NCBI GenBank assembly: GCA_038087875.1
Contig: CM075996.1
Coordinates: 10,604,001 to 10,668,000 of the forward strand
From: Malacoraja senta
Lineage: Eukaryota
Direction of reading: 5' to 3'
Length of the DNA stretch: 64,000 bases
Shown here: positions 12,447 through 24,230 of the stretch, one piece after another
Layout: every line of letters starts with the position of its first letter
How positions within the stretch are numbered: the stretch's first letter is position 1
Made by a program: the position numbers and the translations under genes
Notes under the pieces: model-generated
Told to the model about the DNA's origin: nothing
The model's input: the letters and a program-made list of their open reading frames with translations, nothing else
Database searches by the model: none

Positions 12447-13195
12447 TTAGGTTAGGTAAGGTGGAGGTACAGCGAGACCTGGGTGTCCTTGTACACCGGT
12501 CACTGAAAGTTGGCGTGCAGGTACAGCAGGCAGTGAAGAAAGCTAATGGAATGTTGGCCTTCATAACAAGAGGATTTCAGTATAGGAGTAGAGAGGTTCT
12601 TCTGCAGTTGTATAGGGCTCTGGTAAGACCACATCTGGAGTATTGTGTACAGTTTGGTCTCCTAATTTGTGGAAGGACATCCTTGTGATTGAGGCAGTGC
12701 AGCGTAGGTTCACAAGATTGATCCCTGGGATGGCGGGACTGTCATATGAGGAAAGATTGAAAAGACTAGACTTGTATTCACTGGAGTTTAGAAGGATGTG
12801 GGGGGATCTTATAGAAATATAAAAAAATATAAAAGGACTGGACAAGCCAGATGCAGGAAAAATGTTCCAAATGTTGGGCGAGTCCAGAACCAGGGGCCAC
12901 AGTCTTCGAATAAAGGGGAGGCCATTTAAGACTGAGGTGAGAAAAAAACTATTCACCCAGAGAGTTGTGAATTTGTGGAATTTCCTTCCAAAGAGGGCAG
13001 CGGAGGCCAAATCACTGGATGGATTTAAGAGAGAGTTAGAGCTCTAGGGGCTGGTGGAATCAAGGGATATGGGGAGAAGGCAGGCACGGGTTATTGATTG
13101 GGGACGATCAGCCATGATCACAATGAATGGTGGTGCTGGCTCGAAGGGCCGAATGGCCTCCTCCTGCACCTATTTTCTATGTTTCCATGTTTCTA
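12447..13195 (+). mobile_element. CR1 3' fragment, continuing the piece at 10450-10536 split by the Penelope element
   Basis: YYLNG|VRLGKVEVQRDLGV reads through across the insertion; CR1 tail. Confidence 0.9.
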
Positions 13196-13469
13196 TAATA
13201 ATAATAATACATTTTATTTATATAGCGCTTTTCAGGACTCAAAGTTTCTATGACCTGCATGGGTTTTCCCTGGGTGCTCAGGTTTCCTCCCACAGTCCAA
13301 AGATGTACAGATTTATAGGTTAATTTGCTTGGTATAATTGTAAATTGTCCCTAGTGTGTCTGTGTGCGGGGATCGCTGATCGGCGCGGACTCTGCAGGCC
13401 GTAGGGCCTGTTTCCACGCTGTATCGCTAAACTCCAAACTAAACTAAATGGTCCCAATCAGATTCTCAA

Positions 13470-14050
13470 AGATAGACACAAAGTGCTGGAGTGACTCAGC
13501 GGCAAGCCACGCGTAGACTGGGCGATTGTTTCGCTAAACACTTGCGCTCAGTCCACCTTGGCCTATGCGATCTTTCAGTTGCCATATACTTTAACTCCTC
13601 TTCCCATTCCCACACAGACCTTTCTGTCCTCGGTCTCCTCCACTGTCAGAGTGAGGCCACACACATATTGGAGGATTAGCACCCCATATTTCGCTTGGGC
13701 AGCTTACCCCCTAGTGGTATGAACATTGATTTCTCCAATTTCAAGTAACTCCTGCATTCACTCCCTCACCCACGCTGGTCATCTTACTAGTTCCACTGTT
13801 CGCATCCTTGTATCCCTGTCATTATCACATCTTCCCCAGCCAACAATGGGCCATTATGGGCTCCACCCTTCCTTGGTCATCTGTTGCCAGCCCCAGTTTG
13901 TTCTGTTTTTTCCTACCTCTCGTTCCATCCCCCCTACTCTCCGTCTGAAGACAGGTTCCATCCTTATTCCCCAGAGATGCTGCCTGACCCGCTGAGTTAC
14001 TCCAGCACTTTGTATCTCAGTATAGATCAGCATCTACAGTTTCTTTCTAC
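13470..14050 (+). mobile_element. Degenerate Penelope 3' (GIY-YIG) fragment
   Basis: TRRLGDCFAKHLRSV...SHSHTDLSVLGLLHC. Similar fragments at ~19870-20390(+), 22677-23033(+) and ~45000-45740(-). Confidence 0.8.
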
Positions 14051-14469
14051 CCAATCAGGGTCTCACTCTGTCCGACAGTGATGAGGGAGTTAGTATTCGC
14101 TTCCAGTTTATCTTTGACCTTTTATATCGCTAAGCTGAACAAAATGTTGACACCACCACTAAACACCTTTCCCTCCTGACAATCTGCTACCTTCTTAAAT
14201 CCATTCACCAAACTAAAGTCAAAAACGTTCTGCTTAAGACTTATTCCAGGGATCAAGTTAGATGATCCAGTCTGAGACAATGGTGTCAAGGCTATGGAGA
14301 AAGATGGAATCAGGGTACAATGCACTTGCCCACCATTAGCATATTGCTGCACCATGAACCGCCGAGAGCAGTCATCTTAAAACTGACAACAGCGTGCCTG
14401 GGCCCAATAACAAACAGAAGTTGCCACTCGTCCTTGATTATGGTGGTGGCCTTGCCGAGGCAACACTAC

Positions 14470-14870
14470 ACCCCACGCTGCCTTGGCAAGGCCACCAGCA
14501 CATTCAAGGACCAGTCATACACCCTGGCCACTCCTCCTTCTCCCCTTACCAATCAGGCAAAAGGTGTAAAAGTGTGGAAACGCACACCTCCAGATTCAGG
14601 TACAGTTTCTTCCCAGCTGTTATCAGGCAACTGAACCATCCTACTAATATCCAGAGAGCAGTCCTGAACCACTATCTACCTCATTGGAGACCATCGGACT
14701 ATTTTTAATCGGGCTTTACTGGCTTTATCTGGCTCTAAACGCTATGTACCTTATCATGTGCACTGTGAGTAGCTCGATTGTATTCACATATAGTCTTTCC
14801 GCAGACTGGTTAGCACGCAACAAAAGCTTTTTACTGTACCTCGATACACGTGACCAACAAACTAAACTAA
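14470..14870 (+). mobile_element. Rex1/Babar-like LINE 3' end
   Basis: HPGHSSFSPYQSGKR...HTSRFRYSFFPAVIRQLN, typical of the Rex1-clade C-terminus, followed by a (ctaaa)n tail. Confidence 0.7.
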
Positions 14871-16138
14871 AAGATGGCAGGATAAATTTCACAGGTAGGT
14901 GTATGAAGGAGCTGCAGATACAGGTTTCATACCGGATAGACACAAAAAGCAGCAGTAACTCAGCGGGGCAGCAGCATCTCTGGAGAGAATGAACAGTGAT
15001 GTTTCGGGTCGAGACCCTACTTCAGACTGAGAGTCAGGGGAAAGGGAAACGAGAGATAGACGGTGATGTATTTTTCAAGACATGGACACCCTTTACCGAA
15101 TTCTTACAAGGATAGTATGGCGCAACACAAATTTGGATTTAAATCCGATTCTGGGTTGGGTGAGGCAGGTATATCTCCACTTTAAAAAAAAAACATTATT
15201 TTCTTCTCTCTCATATCTTTATTCACTCTTTGGCCACACTACTTTGGTAGTCTAGGGGTCCTATCTTTTTACTTTTCACTTTTTCCCTCTCTTGTTCTTT
15301 CTCTCTTCTTTTCCCTCATTTTCAGGTTAAAAGGTTAAAATTGAAGCTGTACAATAATTGTATAATTTTACATGCCGAATGTTTTATTCTTGTACAATTG
15401 CTTCTAATAAAAATAATTTAAAAATAATAATAATAAATAGACAGTGATGTAGTGAAATATGGAACAAATTAATGAAAAGTTATGCAAAAAGTAACGATGA
15501 TAAAGGAAACAGGCCATTGTTAGCCGTAGTGAGAATGAGAAGCTGGTGCGACTTGGGTGGGGGAGGGATGGAGAGAGTCGCTTGTCAGAGCTGGGAAAGG
15601 GGGGGGAAGAAGTTTGTTTCACACGGGGAAGGAATATGATGACTCTCTTTCTCTCCCCCTCTTCAAGGAACTGCAGAAGCTGGTTCATAAAAAATAGTCG
15701 CAAAGTGCTGGAGGAACTCTGCGGGTCATGCAGCCCCTGTTCTCGCACCCTCCAACATCCCTCATGAGCCCATCAACCGAATGGGTTCATCAACAACTTA
15801 TTGGCACGACAACCTTGTCCTTGGCATATGAAAGATATACCCTACATCCTATCATCCTCCACCTGAGATTCCAAGCAGGAAATAAGAGGTTGTTGGAACT
15901 TTCCTTGAGTTTTTGTCTAGAACTTTTCCTGGAAAGGTTCAGTTGCAGTTGGGGGGAGGGGATAGAAAGTTGGGAGGTGGTGCTGGGGGAGGGGATAGAA
16001 AAGGGGGGAGGAGTTGGAGTTGTGATACACATCTCCCTGAGTGAGGTGCTAGGGTGGAGGCTGCATCTTTACTGTTAGAAAGAAGCATAGCTTAGAGAGG
16101 AAACAATGAGAGGGGGAAGAACGAGACACGAGAGTTAC

Positions 16139-16321
16139 CTGACGGGAGTCTCCTTGTAAGAGGGAGTACCGGATTTGACGGAGCCACCGCTGCTGCTGGA
16201 GGCGTCGTCGCGGAGCTGGTAGTAGCCGTTGGCGGCCAGACGTGAACTGCGGCCGGGACATCCTCACCGTAGCACCACAACCCCGAGCCTCAGCCCGAGC
16301 ACGGCGAGTCTTCCGCACTAA
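16139..16321 (-). pseudogene. SUN2: SUN2-like first coding exon (ATG at 16261) with a +1 frameshift after codon 3
   Basis: ctttctctttgctcacag acceptor and AG|gtaact donor. ATG TCC CGG c CGC AGT TCA CGT gives MSRRSSRLAANGYYQLRDDASSSSGGSVKSGTPSYKETPVR if one base is removed, resembling the SUN2 N-terminus (MSRRSQRL...DDDGSSSSGGS...KDSPLR) as recalled. Confidence 0.75.
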
Positions 16322-16444
16322 CTGTGAGCAAAGAGAAAGACAGTGTGAAGGGCAGCCCTGCACTGGGCACTGGCACCCTGCCCGCTGGCCCAGAGAGGGA
16401 GGGGGGGGGAACACATTGCTGTCATCTTACACACCCTCCCTGCA

Positions 16445-16840
16445 CATGGCAGGGCACATGGTATTGGGGTAGAGTGCTGACATGGATAGAAAATTGGTTG
16501 GTAGATAGGAAACAAAGTGTAGGGATTAACGGGTCCCTTTTAGAATGGAAGGCAGTGACTAGTGGGGTACCGCAAGGCTCGGTGCTGGGACCGCAGCTAT
16601 TTACAATATATATTAATGATTTAGATGAAGGGATTAAACGTAACATTAGCAAATTTGCAGATGACACAAAGCTGGGTGGCAGTGTGAACTGTGAGGAGGA
16701 TGCTATGAGAATGCAGTAAGCCAGTTAGAACGGAGATCAGGAAACGCTTTTTCACAAGGAGAGTTGTGAGTCTGTGGAATTCTCTGCCTCAGAGGGCGGT
16801 GGAGGCCAGTTCTCTAGATACTTTCAAAAGAGCTAGATCT
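16445..16840 (+). mobile_element. CR1 fragment
   Basis: WIENWL...[11 protein letters not shown]...SKFADDTKLGG. Confidence 0.9.
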
Positions 16841-17039
16841 GCCCACTCACATCCAAGCGCTGTAAGGCAGCAACTCTACACTGCGCCACCATGCCACCCT
16901 TTTAAACCTGCACCATCAACACAGTGACCTTGTCGTCCCTACTCACGACTTCTCCTCACTCACTATCCTTTGTGATTTTACACGTCTCCCTAAACCCCTC
17001 CTACTCACCCCCACCGGCCTGCCCGTCCCTGGGCTCTGA

Positions 17040-17310
17040 CAGAGCTGCCGTGGGTCGGTGTTTAAGGGGAGGCAGTCAAAGGGGTGAGGCTGGGAGCCTC
17101 CCCCGTCCGTAGGGCCCCCGGCGTCGGGAGGAGTGGTCACCTGTGAGGGGCCAGGGACCGACACGACAGACAGACAGACAGACTCACCGAGTGATGGTCC
17201 CTGCGGGGTCCGAGCGGCAGAAGCTGCCCTGCGGCGCCGGGAACAAGGAGCAGGAGCGTGGCCACTTCAACCACTCCCCTTCTGGTCGCCGTCTGTCCTC
17301 GCCGCACCTA
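17040..17310 (-). promoter_or_regulatory. CpG-rich putative promoter and non-coding first exon of the SUN2-like gene
   Basis: Local CpG/GC enrichment; minus-strand donor G|gtgagt at 17187, ~870 bp upstream of the 16321 acceptor. Confidence 0.5.
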
Positions 17311-17412
17311 GAGTATAGTATAATATAGTAGATGATGGTAGATGAGGGTAGGGTAGGGAAGGGTAGGGTAGAGTATAGCAGAGCTGAGCTGAGCTGAGCA
17401 GAGCAGAGCAGA
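17310..17412. repeat. Compound pentanucleotide microsatellite
   Basis: (gtata)/(gtagg)/(gagct)/(gagca) units in succession. Confidence 0.75.
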
Positions 17413-17699
17413 CACCAGACACAACCTCCTCCAACACCGTCTGTCTGTGTCTGTTTCTATGTTCCGGCCCCATTGGCTGCATCGTTCAAAATGCTACATT
17501 CTAGAGTGTTAGTTTGTGTCGCGGTTCCACTCCCCGGGGGTGGGAACAGGAACCGTGACAACTGTGGCACCATCACCCCCACCTTCCAACCGGCACCACC
17601 CTCACCTCCCCTCCCTGATCCCCACCTCCACACAATAGCCTCACTCTGACTATAAAAGATGAAATAGCGCATATTTGGATAACAGTAGCAGGATCGGTC

Positions 17700-18925
17700 C
17701 GAGTTCTTTGAGTATGTAACTAGGAAAATGGACAAGTGAGAGCCAGTGAATGTAGTGTACCTGGACTTTCAGAAAGCATTTGATAAGGTCCCACATAGAT
17801 TAGTGGGCAAAATTAGAGCGCATGGTATTGGGGGTAGGGTACTGACATGGATAGAAAATAGGTTGGCAGACAGGAAACAAAGAATAGGGATAAACAGGTC
17901 CCTTTCAGAATGGCAGGCAGTGACTAGTGGGGTACCGCAAGGCTCGGTGCTGGGACCGCAGCTATTACAATATACATTAATGATTTAGATGAAGGGATTA
18001 AAAGTAACATTAGCAAATTTGCAGATGACACAAAGCTGGGTGGCAGTGTCAACTGTGAGGAGGATGCTATGAGAATGCAGGGTGACTTGGACAGGTTCGG
18101 TGAGTGGGCAGATGCAGTTTAATGTGGATAAATGTGAGGTTATCCACTTTGGTAGCAAAAACAGAAAGGAATATTATTATCTAAATGGTGTCGTTGGGAA
18201 GGGGAAATACAGCGAGACCTGGGGGGTCCTTGTTCATCAGTCACTGAAAGTAAGCATGCAGGCACAGCAGGCAGTGAAGAAAGTGAATGGCATGTTGGCC
18301 TTCGTAACAAGAGGTGTTGAGTATAGGAGCAAAGAGGTCCTTCTGCAGTTGCACAGGGCTCTATTGAGTTCACACCTGGAGTATTGTGTGCAGTTTTGGT
18401 CTCCAAATTTGAGGAAGGACATTCTTGCTATTGAGGGAGTGCAGCGAAGGTTCGCCAAGGTAATTCCAGGGTTAGCGGGTCTGTCAAATGTTGACAGAAT
18501 GGAGCGTCTGGGCTTGCATACTCTGGAATTTAGAAGGATGAGAGGGTATCTTATTGAAACATATAAGATTATTAAAGGTTTGGACACGCTAGAGGCAGGA
18601 AACATGTTCCCGATGTTGGGAGAGTCCAGAATCAGAGGCCACAATTCAAGAATAACGGGTAAGCCATTTAGAACGGAGATGAGGAAAAACGTTTTCACAC
18701 AGTTGTGAATCTGTGGAATTCTCTGCCTCAGAAGGCAGTGGAGGCCAATTCTCTAGAGGCTTTCAAGAGAGACTTAGCTAGAGCTCTTATAGATAGCAGA
18801 AACAAGGGATATGGGGAGAAGGCAGGAACAGGGTACTGATTGTGGATGATCAGCCATGATCACAGTGAATGGCAGTGCAGGCTCAAAGGGCCGAAGGGCC
18901 TACTGCTGCACCTATTGTCTATTGA
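17700..18925 (+). mobile_element. CR1 LINE 3' 1.2 kb
   Basis: ORFs 17746-17988 and 18082-18708 carry CR1 RT motifs; tail ctattgtctattg. Confidence 0.93.
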
Positions 18926-19870
18926 CCCCTCCTGATCCAGACACAACAGCACCACCCCACTCCCACACCTTCACACTCCCACACCCTTACCCCTTTCACC
19001 TCCTACACCCCCACGACCCTGACCCTCACACCACCAATACCCTGACAACAGCAGCACCACCCTAACCCTGATCTCCGGCACCCTGACCTCAACATATCAG
19101 CACCACCCCCACACTCACACACCCTCACCACCCTAACCATCACACACCAGCACCACAGCAGCGGCACCACCCTGACCCTGATCACCGCCCCCCGACCCCC
19201 TCACAAAACAGCACCAGCACCCCTACACCAGCACCACCCCCCCGATCCCCACCCTCACACCAGCCGCATCCTGACCCACACAACACCAGCACAACAGCAC
19301 CACCCCCTCTCCTACACCCTCACCACCTGACGCTCACACCAGCACCAGCCATACCACCATCTCCCCATCACACCCATTCCCCCATCACCTACCCTCCAAC
19401 CCCACAAAAGCACCTCCCACCTCCCACCCCCCTACCCCAACATCCTGACTCCCACCTACCCCCCCATCCACCACCCCCCACCATATCCACCGCCGCACCC
19501 CAACCCCCACTCCCCACTCTCGCCCACCCCCACCACTCCACACCCCCATCCCTTCCATCCTTGCGCCATACCCTGCCACTCCCCACCCACCATCCCCCCC
19601 ACCGCCACCCCCCACTAACCCGAACGCCCAGCAACCCCCATCAATCTCAATCTCTCCCAACACCTCCACTGACCATCCACCAGCACTCCCCTCACCCACT
19701 CCCTCCATCCCAACACCCCATCCCCCCGCCACCAGCCCCATCCCTACACCACACCCTGATACTACCCCCACACACCACCACCAGCCACACCCCCCAATCC
19801 CCATTACTACCTGCGACCGTTCAATCACTCCCACCACCCCTACCAACCCACCACCACTCCCACACCCAAC
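18926..19870. repeat. C/A-rich low-complexity tract
   Basis: Almost only C and A (cacc, cccca units). Confidence 0.85.
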
Positions 19871-22029
19871 CCCTTCACTCAGTCTGCCTGGACCTACCGG
19901 ATCTCCCGGTTGCTAAACACTTTAATTCTCCTTCCCATTCCCACTCAGACCTTTCTGTCCTCGGTCTCCTACATTGTCAGAGTGAAGCTAAACGCAAATT
20001 GGAGGAACAGCATCTCATATTTTGCTTGGGCATCTTAGAGCAAAGAATATTGATTTCTCTAACTTCAAAGAACCCCCGTATTCCCTCTCTCTCCATCCCT
20101 CCCCCACCCAAGTCGCACCAGCTTCTTGTTTTCACCCAGCAAACAGCTAACAATGGCCTGTTTCTTTTATCATTGTTACTTTTTTGCATATCTTTCATTC
20201 ATTGTTCTATAACTCTCTCTACATCATCAACTATATCTCTCATTTCCCTTTCCTGAGACTTTGTCTGAAGAACTGTCTCGACCCGAAACGTCCATTCCTT
20301 CTCTCCAGACATGCTGCCTGTCCCACTGTTACTCCAGCTTTATGTGTCTATCTTCGGTTTAAACCAACATCTGCAGTTCCTTCCTACACATTTTGTCTGC
20401 TATTTCAAGTGCTCGCCCCTTCATGTAAAATGTACTTCCAATGTTTGTCTTCATTTCTTCATCCAACCACCTTAAATCAATACCTTCTGGTTATCGCAAC
20501 CACACCCTTCACAGCTGGGACTGCTTCCCTGATGCGCCCAAAGGGAACTCACACATTCAGAAGGAGAGCGTGCAAACTCCACACAGGCAGCACCCGAGGT
20601 CAGGATTGAACCGGGGTCAGAGGAGCTGCGAAAAGGTGGCTCCACAAGCTGCACCACAGTGCTGTTACTGCTCCTCTTGCCCCTCAACTCTAAGGAAACA
20701 TCCTTGGCTTCCCTTTCCCACCCACTTACACCCAAGAAGGGTCTCGACCCGAAACGTCACCCATTCCTTCTCACCAGGGATGTTGCCTGTCCTGCTGAGT
20801 TACTCCAGCACTTTGTGTCTGCCACACATAATTCCTCATCTCTCAAGAGCTCCTGTAAATCCCTCTGAGCCCTCTCCAAACCTCACAATTCTTCTGTACC
20901 TGTATTTCTGGAACTGGGCACAGGACTCAAGCCAGGCTTCATATAATGCCTTATAGATGTAACTTCCCGGCTGTGTACGTTGTGTGCTTCATGAAATGCT
21001 TTGTTAACCGCCCAGACCAATTTGAATATTTTTCTCCCATATTGCAGCCTCTTTGATGGTTAAATGCCAAGGATGTCATTATGACTTCCACGGCCATGCA
21101 CCATTTCACAGACGTGGTAACAGCGGCATTGCAACAGCAGATGGTAATTGTGTGGTGATGTTTTTGGATGGAATGTTAGTATGTACACAGAGGCGGCACC
21201 TAGACACAGAGCCAGAGCTACTACCACACAGCGCCAGAGAACCAAGTTCGTTCCTGACCTCGGATGCTGTCTGCATGGAGTTTGCGCGTTCTCCCTGTGA
21301 CCGTGTGGGTTTCCTCTGGGTGCTCTGGTTTCCTCCCACATCCCAAAGACATGCAGGTTTGTAGGTTGATTGGCCCACTGTAAATTGCCCATGTGCAGAG
21401 AGTGGATGAGAAAGTTTGATAACATAGAAATAGTTTGAATGGGCAATCGATGGTCGGCGTGGACTCAGTAAGCCGAAGGGCCTGTTTTCATGCTGTATCG
21501 CTAAACTAAACAGTGAATGGTAGGGCTCTAGAGAGTATTGATGAACAGTGGGGCCTATAGAATTCCAAGGATCCATGAAGGGGTATATTAAGTTTGGGCC
21601 CCATATCTCAGGAAGGATGTGCTGGTGTTGGAGAGGGTCCAGAGCAGGTTTACAAGAATGATCCTGGGGATGATTGGGTCAACCTGTGAGGAACATTTGA
21701 AGGCTCTGGCCCTGTACTCACTGGAGTTGAGAAGGATGAGGAGGGACCTCATGGAAACCTACAAAGATGCTGGAGAAATTCAGCGGGTAAGGCAGCATCT
21801 ATGGAGCGAAGGAATAGGTGACGTTTCGGGTCGAGACCCTTCTTCAGACCCTTTAAGTATCATTTGCCAGTCTAATCTGGCAAATAGGGATAAATTATCC
21901 CTAAATGAAAATAAAACAAAATTTATGGTGTTTTGTGGTGACAGGGTTAATTGTGCAATAAAATTGAAAATTGTATATTTCTGGTAAAGTGCTTTTAGGT
22001 TTAGGCCTTATAATTTTGTTGGAAAAACC

Positions 22030-22650
22030 AAAGAAACCAAGTGCCTTCCACAATCCCTCCTGTCACACAGAATCAAAGGTCTTTTCAAAGTCGATATAGC
22101 AACAGAAGAGTCCTTTTTTCTTTTCGAGGTGTTTTTCCATTGTTTGTCTTAGTGAACAGTTGATCAATGGGTGACCAACCTGGTCTAAACCCTGCTTGGG
22201 CTTCTGATAGAATCTCTTCTGCCCTTCTTGTGATGCGTCTTTGAAGTATTAGGATGAGTATTTTGCATGAATGACTAAGCAGGCTGATTCCCTTATAATT
22301 GCCACAGTCTAGCTTGTCTTTTTTCTTGTAGATTGGTGTAATGATTGCCTTTCCCCAGTCATTGGGAAATTCTTCTGCGCCCCATATTTTCTTGCAGTTT
22401 GTGTATAATATCAACTCCTTTGTCTCCAGCTGCTTTAAGTTCTTCTCCAGTAATACTGTCATAGCCCGGGGCTTTTCCATCTGAAAGCTTTCTAATTGAG
22501 CTGATGATCTCGTCGTGCAGAATAACTGGTTCCACAGTAGTGATTGGTATTTGGGGGATGGTATTTTTGAATTCTTCGTCAACTGGGTTTTGCTTGTTGT
22601 AGAGGTCTTGGAAGTTCTCTTTCCATCTTCCTTTGACATCATCAATTTTA
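22030..22650 (-). mobile_element. RTE-clade LINE fragment (RT N-terminal region)
   Basis: VKGRWKENFQDLYN...KAPGYDSITGEELK; AIITPIYKKKDKLDCGNYKGISLLS...EAQAGFRPG. Confidence 0.85.
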
Positions 22651-23397
22651 GTGAGTACTAGACCAAGTGCAGACCCCCCTTCAACTCCCCCTCCCATTCC
22701 ATATCCGACCTCTCTGTCCTGGGTCTCCTCCATGGCCAGAGCCAGCAACACCGGAAATTGGAGGAACAGCACCTCATATTCCGCTTGGGGAGTCTGCATC
22801 CTGGGGGCATGAACATTGAATTCTCCCAATTCTGTTAGCCCTTGCTGTCTCCTCCCCTTCCTCAGCCCTCGGGCTGTCTCCTCCCATCCCTCAGCCCTCG
22901 GGCTCCTCCTCCGCCTTTTTCCTTTCTTCTCCCCACCCCCATCAGTCTGAAGGGTTTCGGCCCGAAACGTTGCCTATTTCCTTCGCTACATAGATGCTGC
23001 TGCACCCGCTGAGTTTCTTCAGCATTTTTGTGTACCAAGTGCAGACCCGTTGGGTCTGTTCCCCAAACGCGCGGTTGCGGGGGGGGCGGCATGCGGCGTC
23101 ACACACACTAACCACCCCCACACACACACTAACTACCCCCCTGCACACACGCTAACTACTCCCCTTGATATTATATGAATATTACTAATACACGGAGAGG
23201 AGGTCGTCCCCTGTGATGGGTAGAGAGGAGAGGGGAGAGTGGGAGGGAGGAGAAGGGAGGAGGTGAGAAGGGGAGAGGGGGGGAGCCGGGCGAGTGAGTG
23301 GGCTGCAGCGGGCGGGCGGGGGATGGGAGGGGCTGCACCGACAGTGAGGAGAAGCTTCTTCAGCGTGTGAGCGCCGCTGACCTCGGGATCTGCAGAA

Positions 23398-23435
23398 CAA
23401 AGATCCTATAGCGGAGCAGAGCTGCAGGATCTTTG
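23398..23435. mobile_element. 38-bp minimal TIR element
   Basis: TIR caaagatcct/aggatctttg; perfect 8-bp TSD ctgcagaa at 23390-23397 and 23436-23443. Confidence 0.75.
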
Positions 23436-23481
23436 CTGCAGAACTGTTTCGTTCTTTCTGCGCCTTTTGACGAACGGTGGG

Positions 23482-23867
23482 TGATGGAAAATTTATGTAT
23501 CCGTTACCTTGTGTATTCTATCTGTGTCTGTACAAGATCGCTTACCGAAACTGCCTAGGGCGCAAGTAATTAACAGGTCTCGGTCGAGTGATTAGGAGTA
23601 ATCACATAGCTTGCAGAACCGTTAATCTTGCTCCGACGAAACATTCCGCAGCTAACTGTTATTTTCTTTCAATTCCGAGTTTCCTTATCAGTTGCCATTG
23701 TCTCGACGCTTTTTGGTTTCAATCAATGTATAAAAGAGATGCGTTTCAGCATTAGCACAGGAGGACTCGCACAGACTCTTGTGCTCTGTGTGACTCTCTC
23801 TCACAATAAAGTTCGTTCAGTTGTACCTCAGTTTTCGTAATAGTCGTCTGTTGGAAAATTTCTAACA
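23482..23867 (+). repeat. ERV 5' LTR (386 bp)
   Basis: tgatggaaaattt...tttctaaca; TATAAAA at 23729-23735; AATAAA at 23805-23810; direct repeat of 35485-35872. Confidence 0.97.
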
Positions 23868-23871
23868 TAAT

Positions 23872-23889
23872 TGGCACCCAACGTGGGGC
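23872..23889 (+). promoter_or_regulatory. Primer-binding site, tRNA-Lys(CUU)/Lys1,2
   Basis: tggcacccaacgtggggc, one mismatch to TGGCGCCCAACGTGGGGC, 4 nt after the LTR. Confidence 0.9.
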
Positions 23890-24230
23890 CCCAATACCTC
23901 TGTTGCCGGTTTCCAGGGGAACCAAGAGCACTCATTTTAAGGTTCCTTACGGACGCAGGGACAGAGTGACGGGGCCCAACCGACACGCTGGAGGTAGGAC
24001 TGAACGTTCCGTAGATAGTGGGGCCCCAGCTAAGTAATTTTGACTTTGCCGAGTTGTATTTTGTTACCTTCCTCGGAGACCGGAGACAACGGACAGAATT
24101 GTCGGGGACAATTGAGAAGAGTAGTTGGACTACTCAGGCGACAGGGTCGCCAATGGTAAGAAGTCTGGGACTTCGGAGTCAAGTTGGACAGGGAAAAAGT
24201 ATAGTCGTAAGTCTCGAGGGGGGAATCAGA

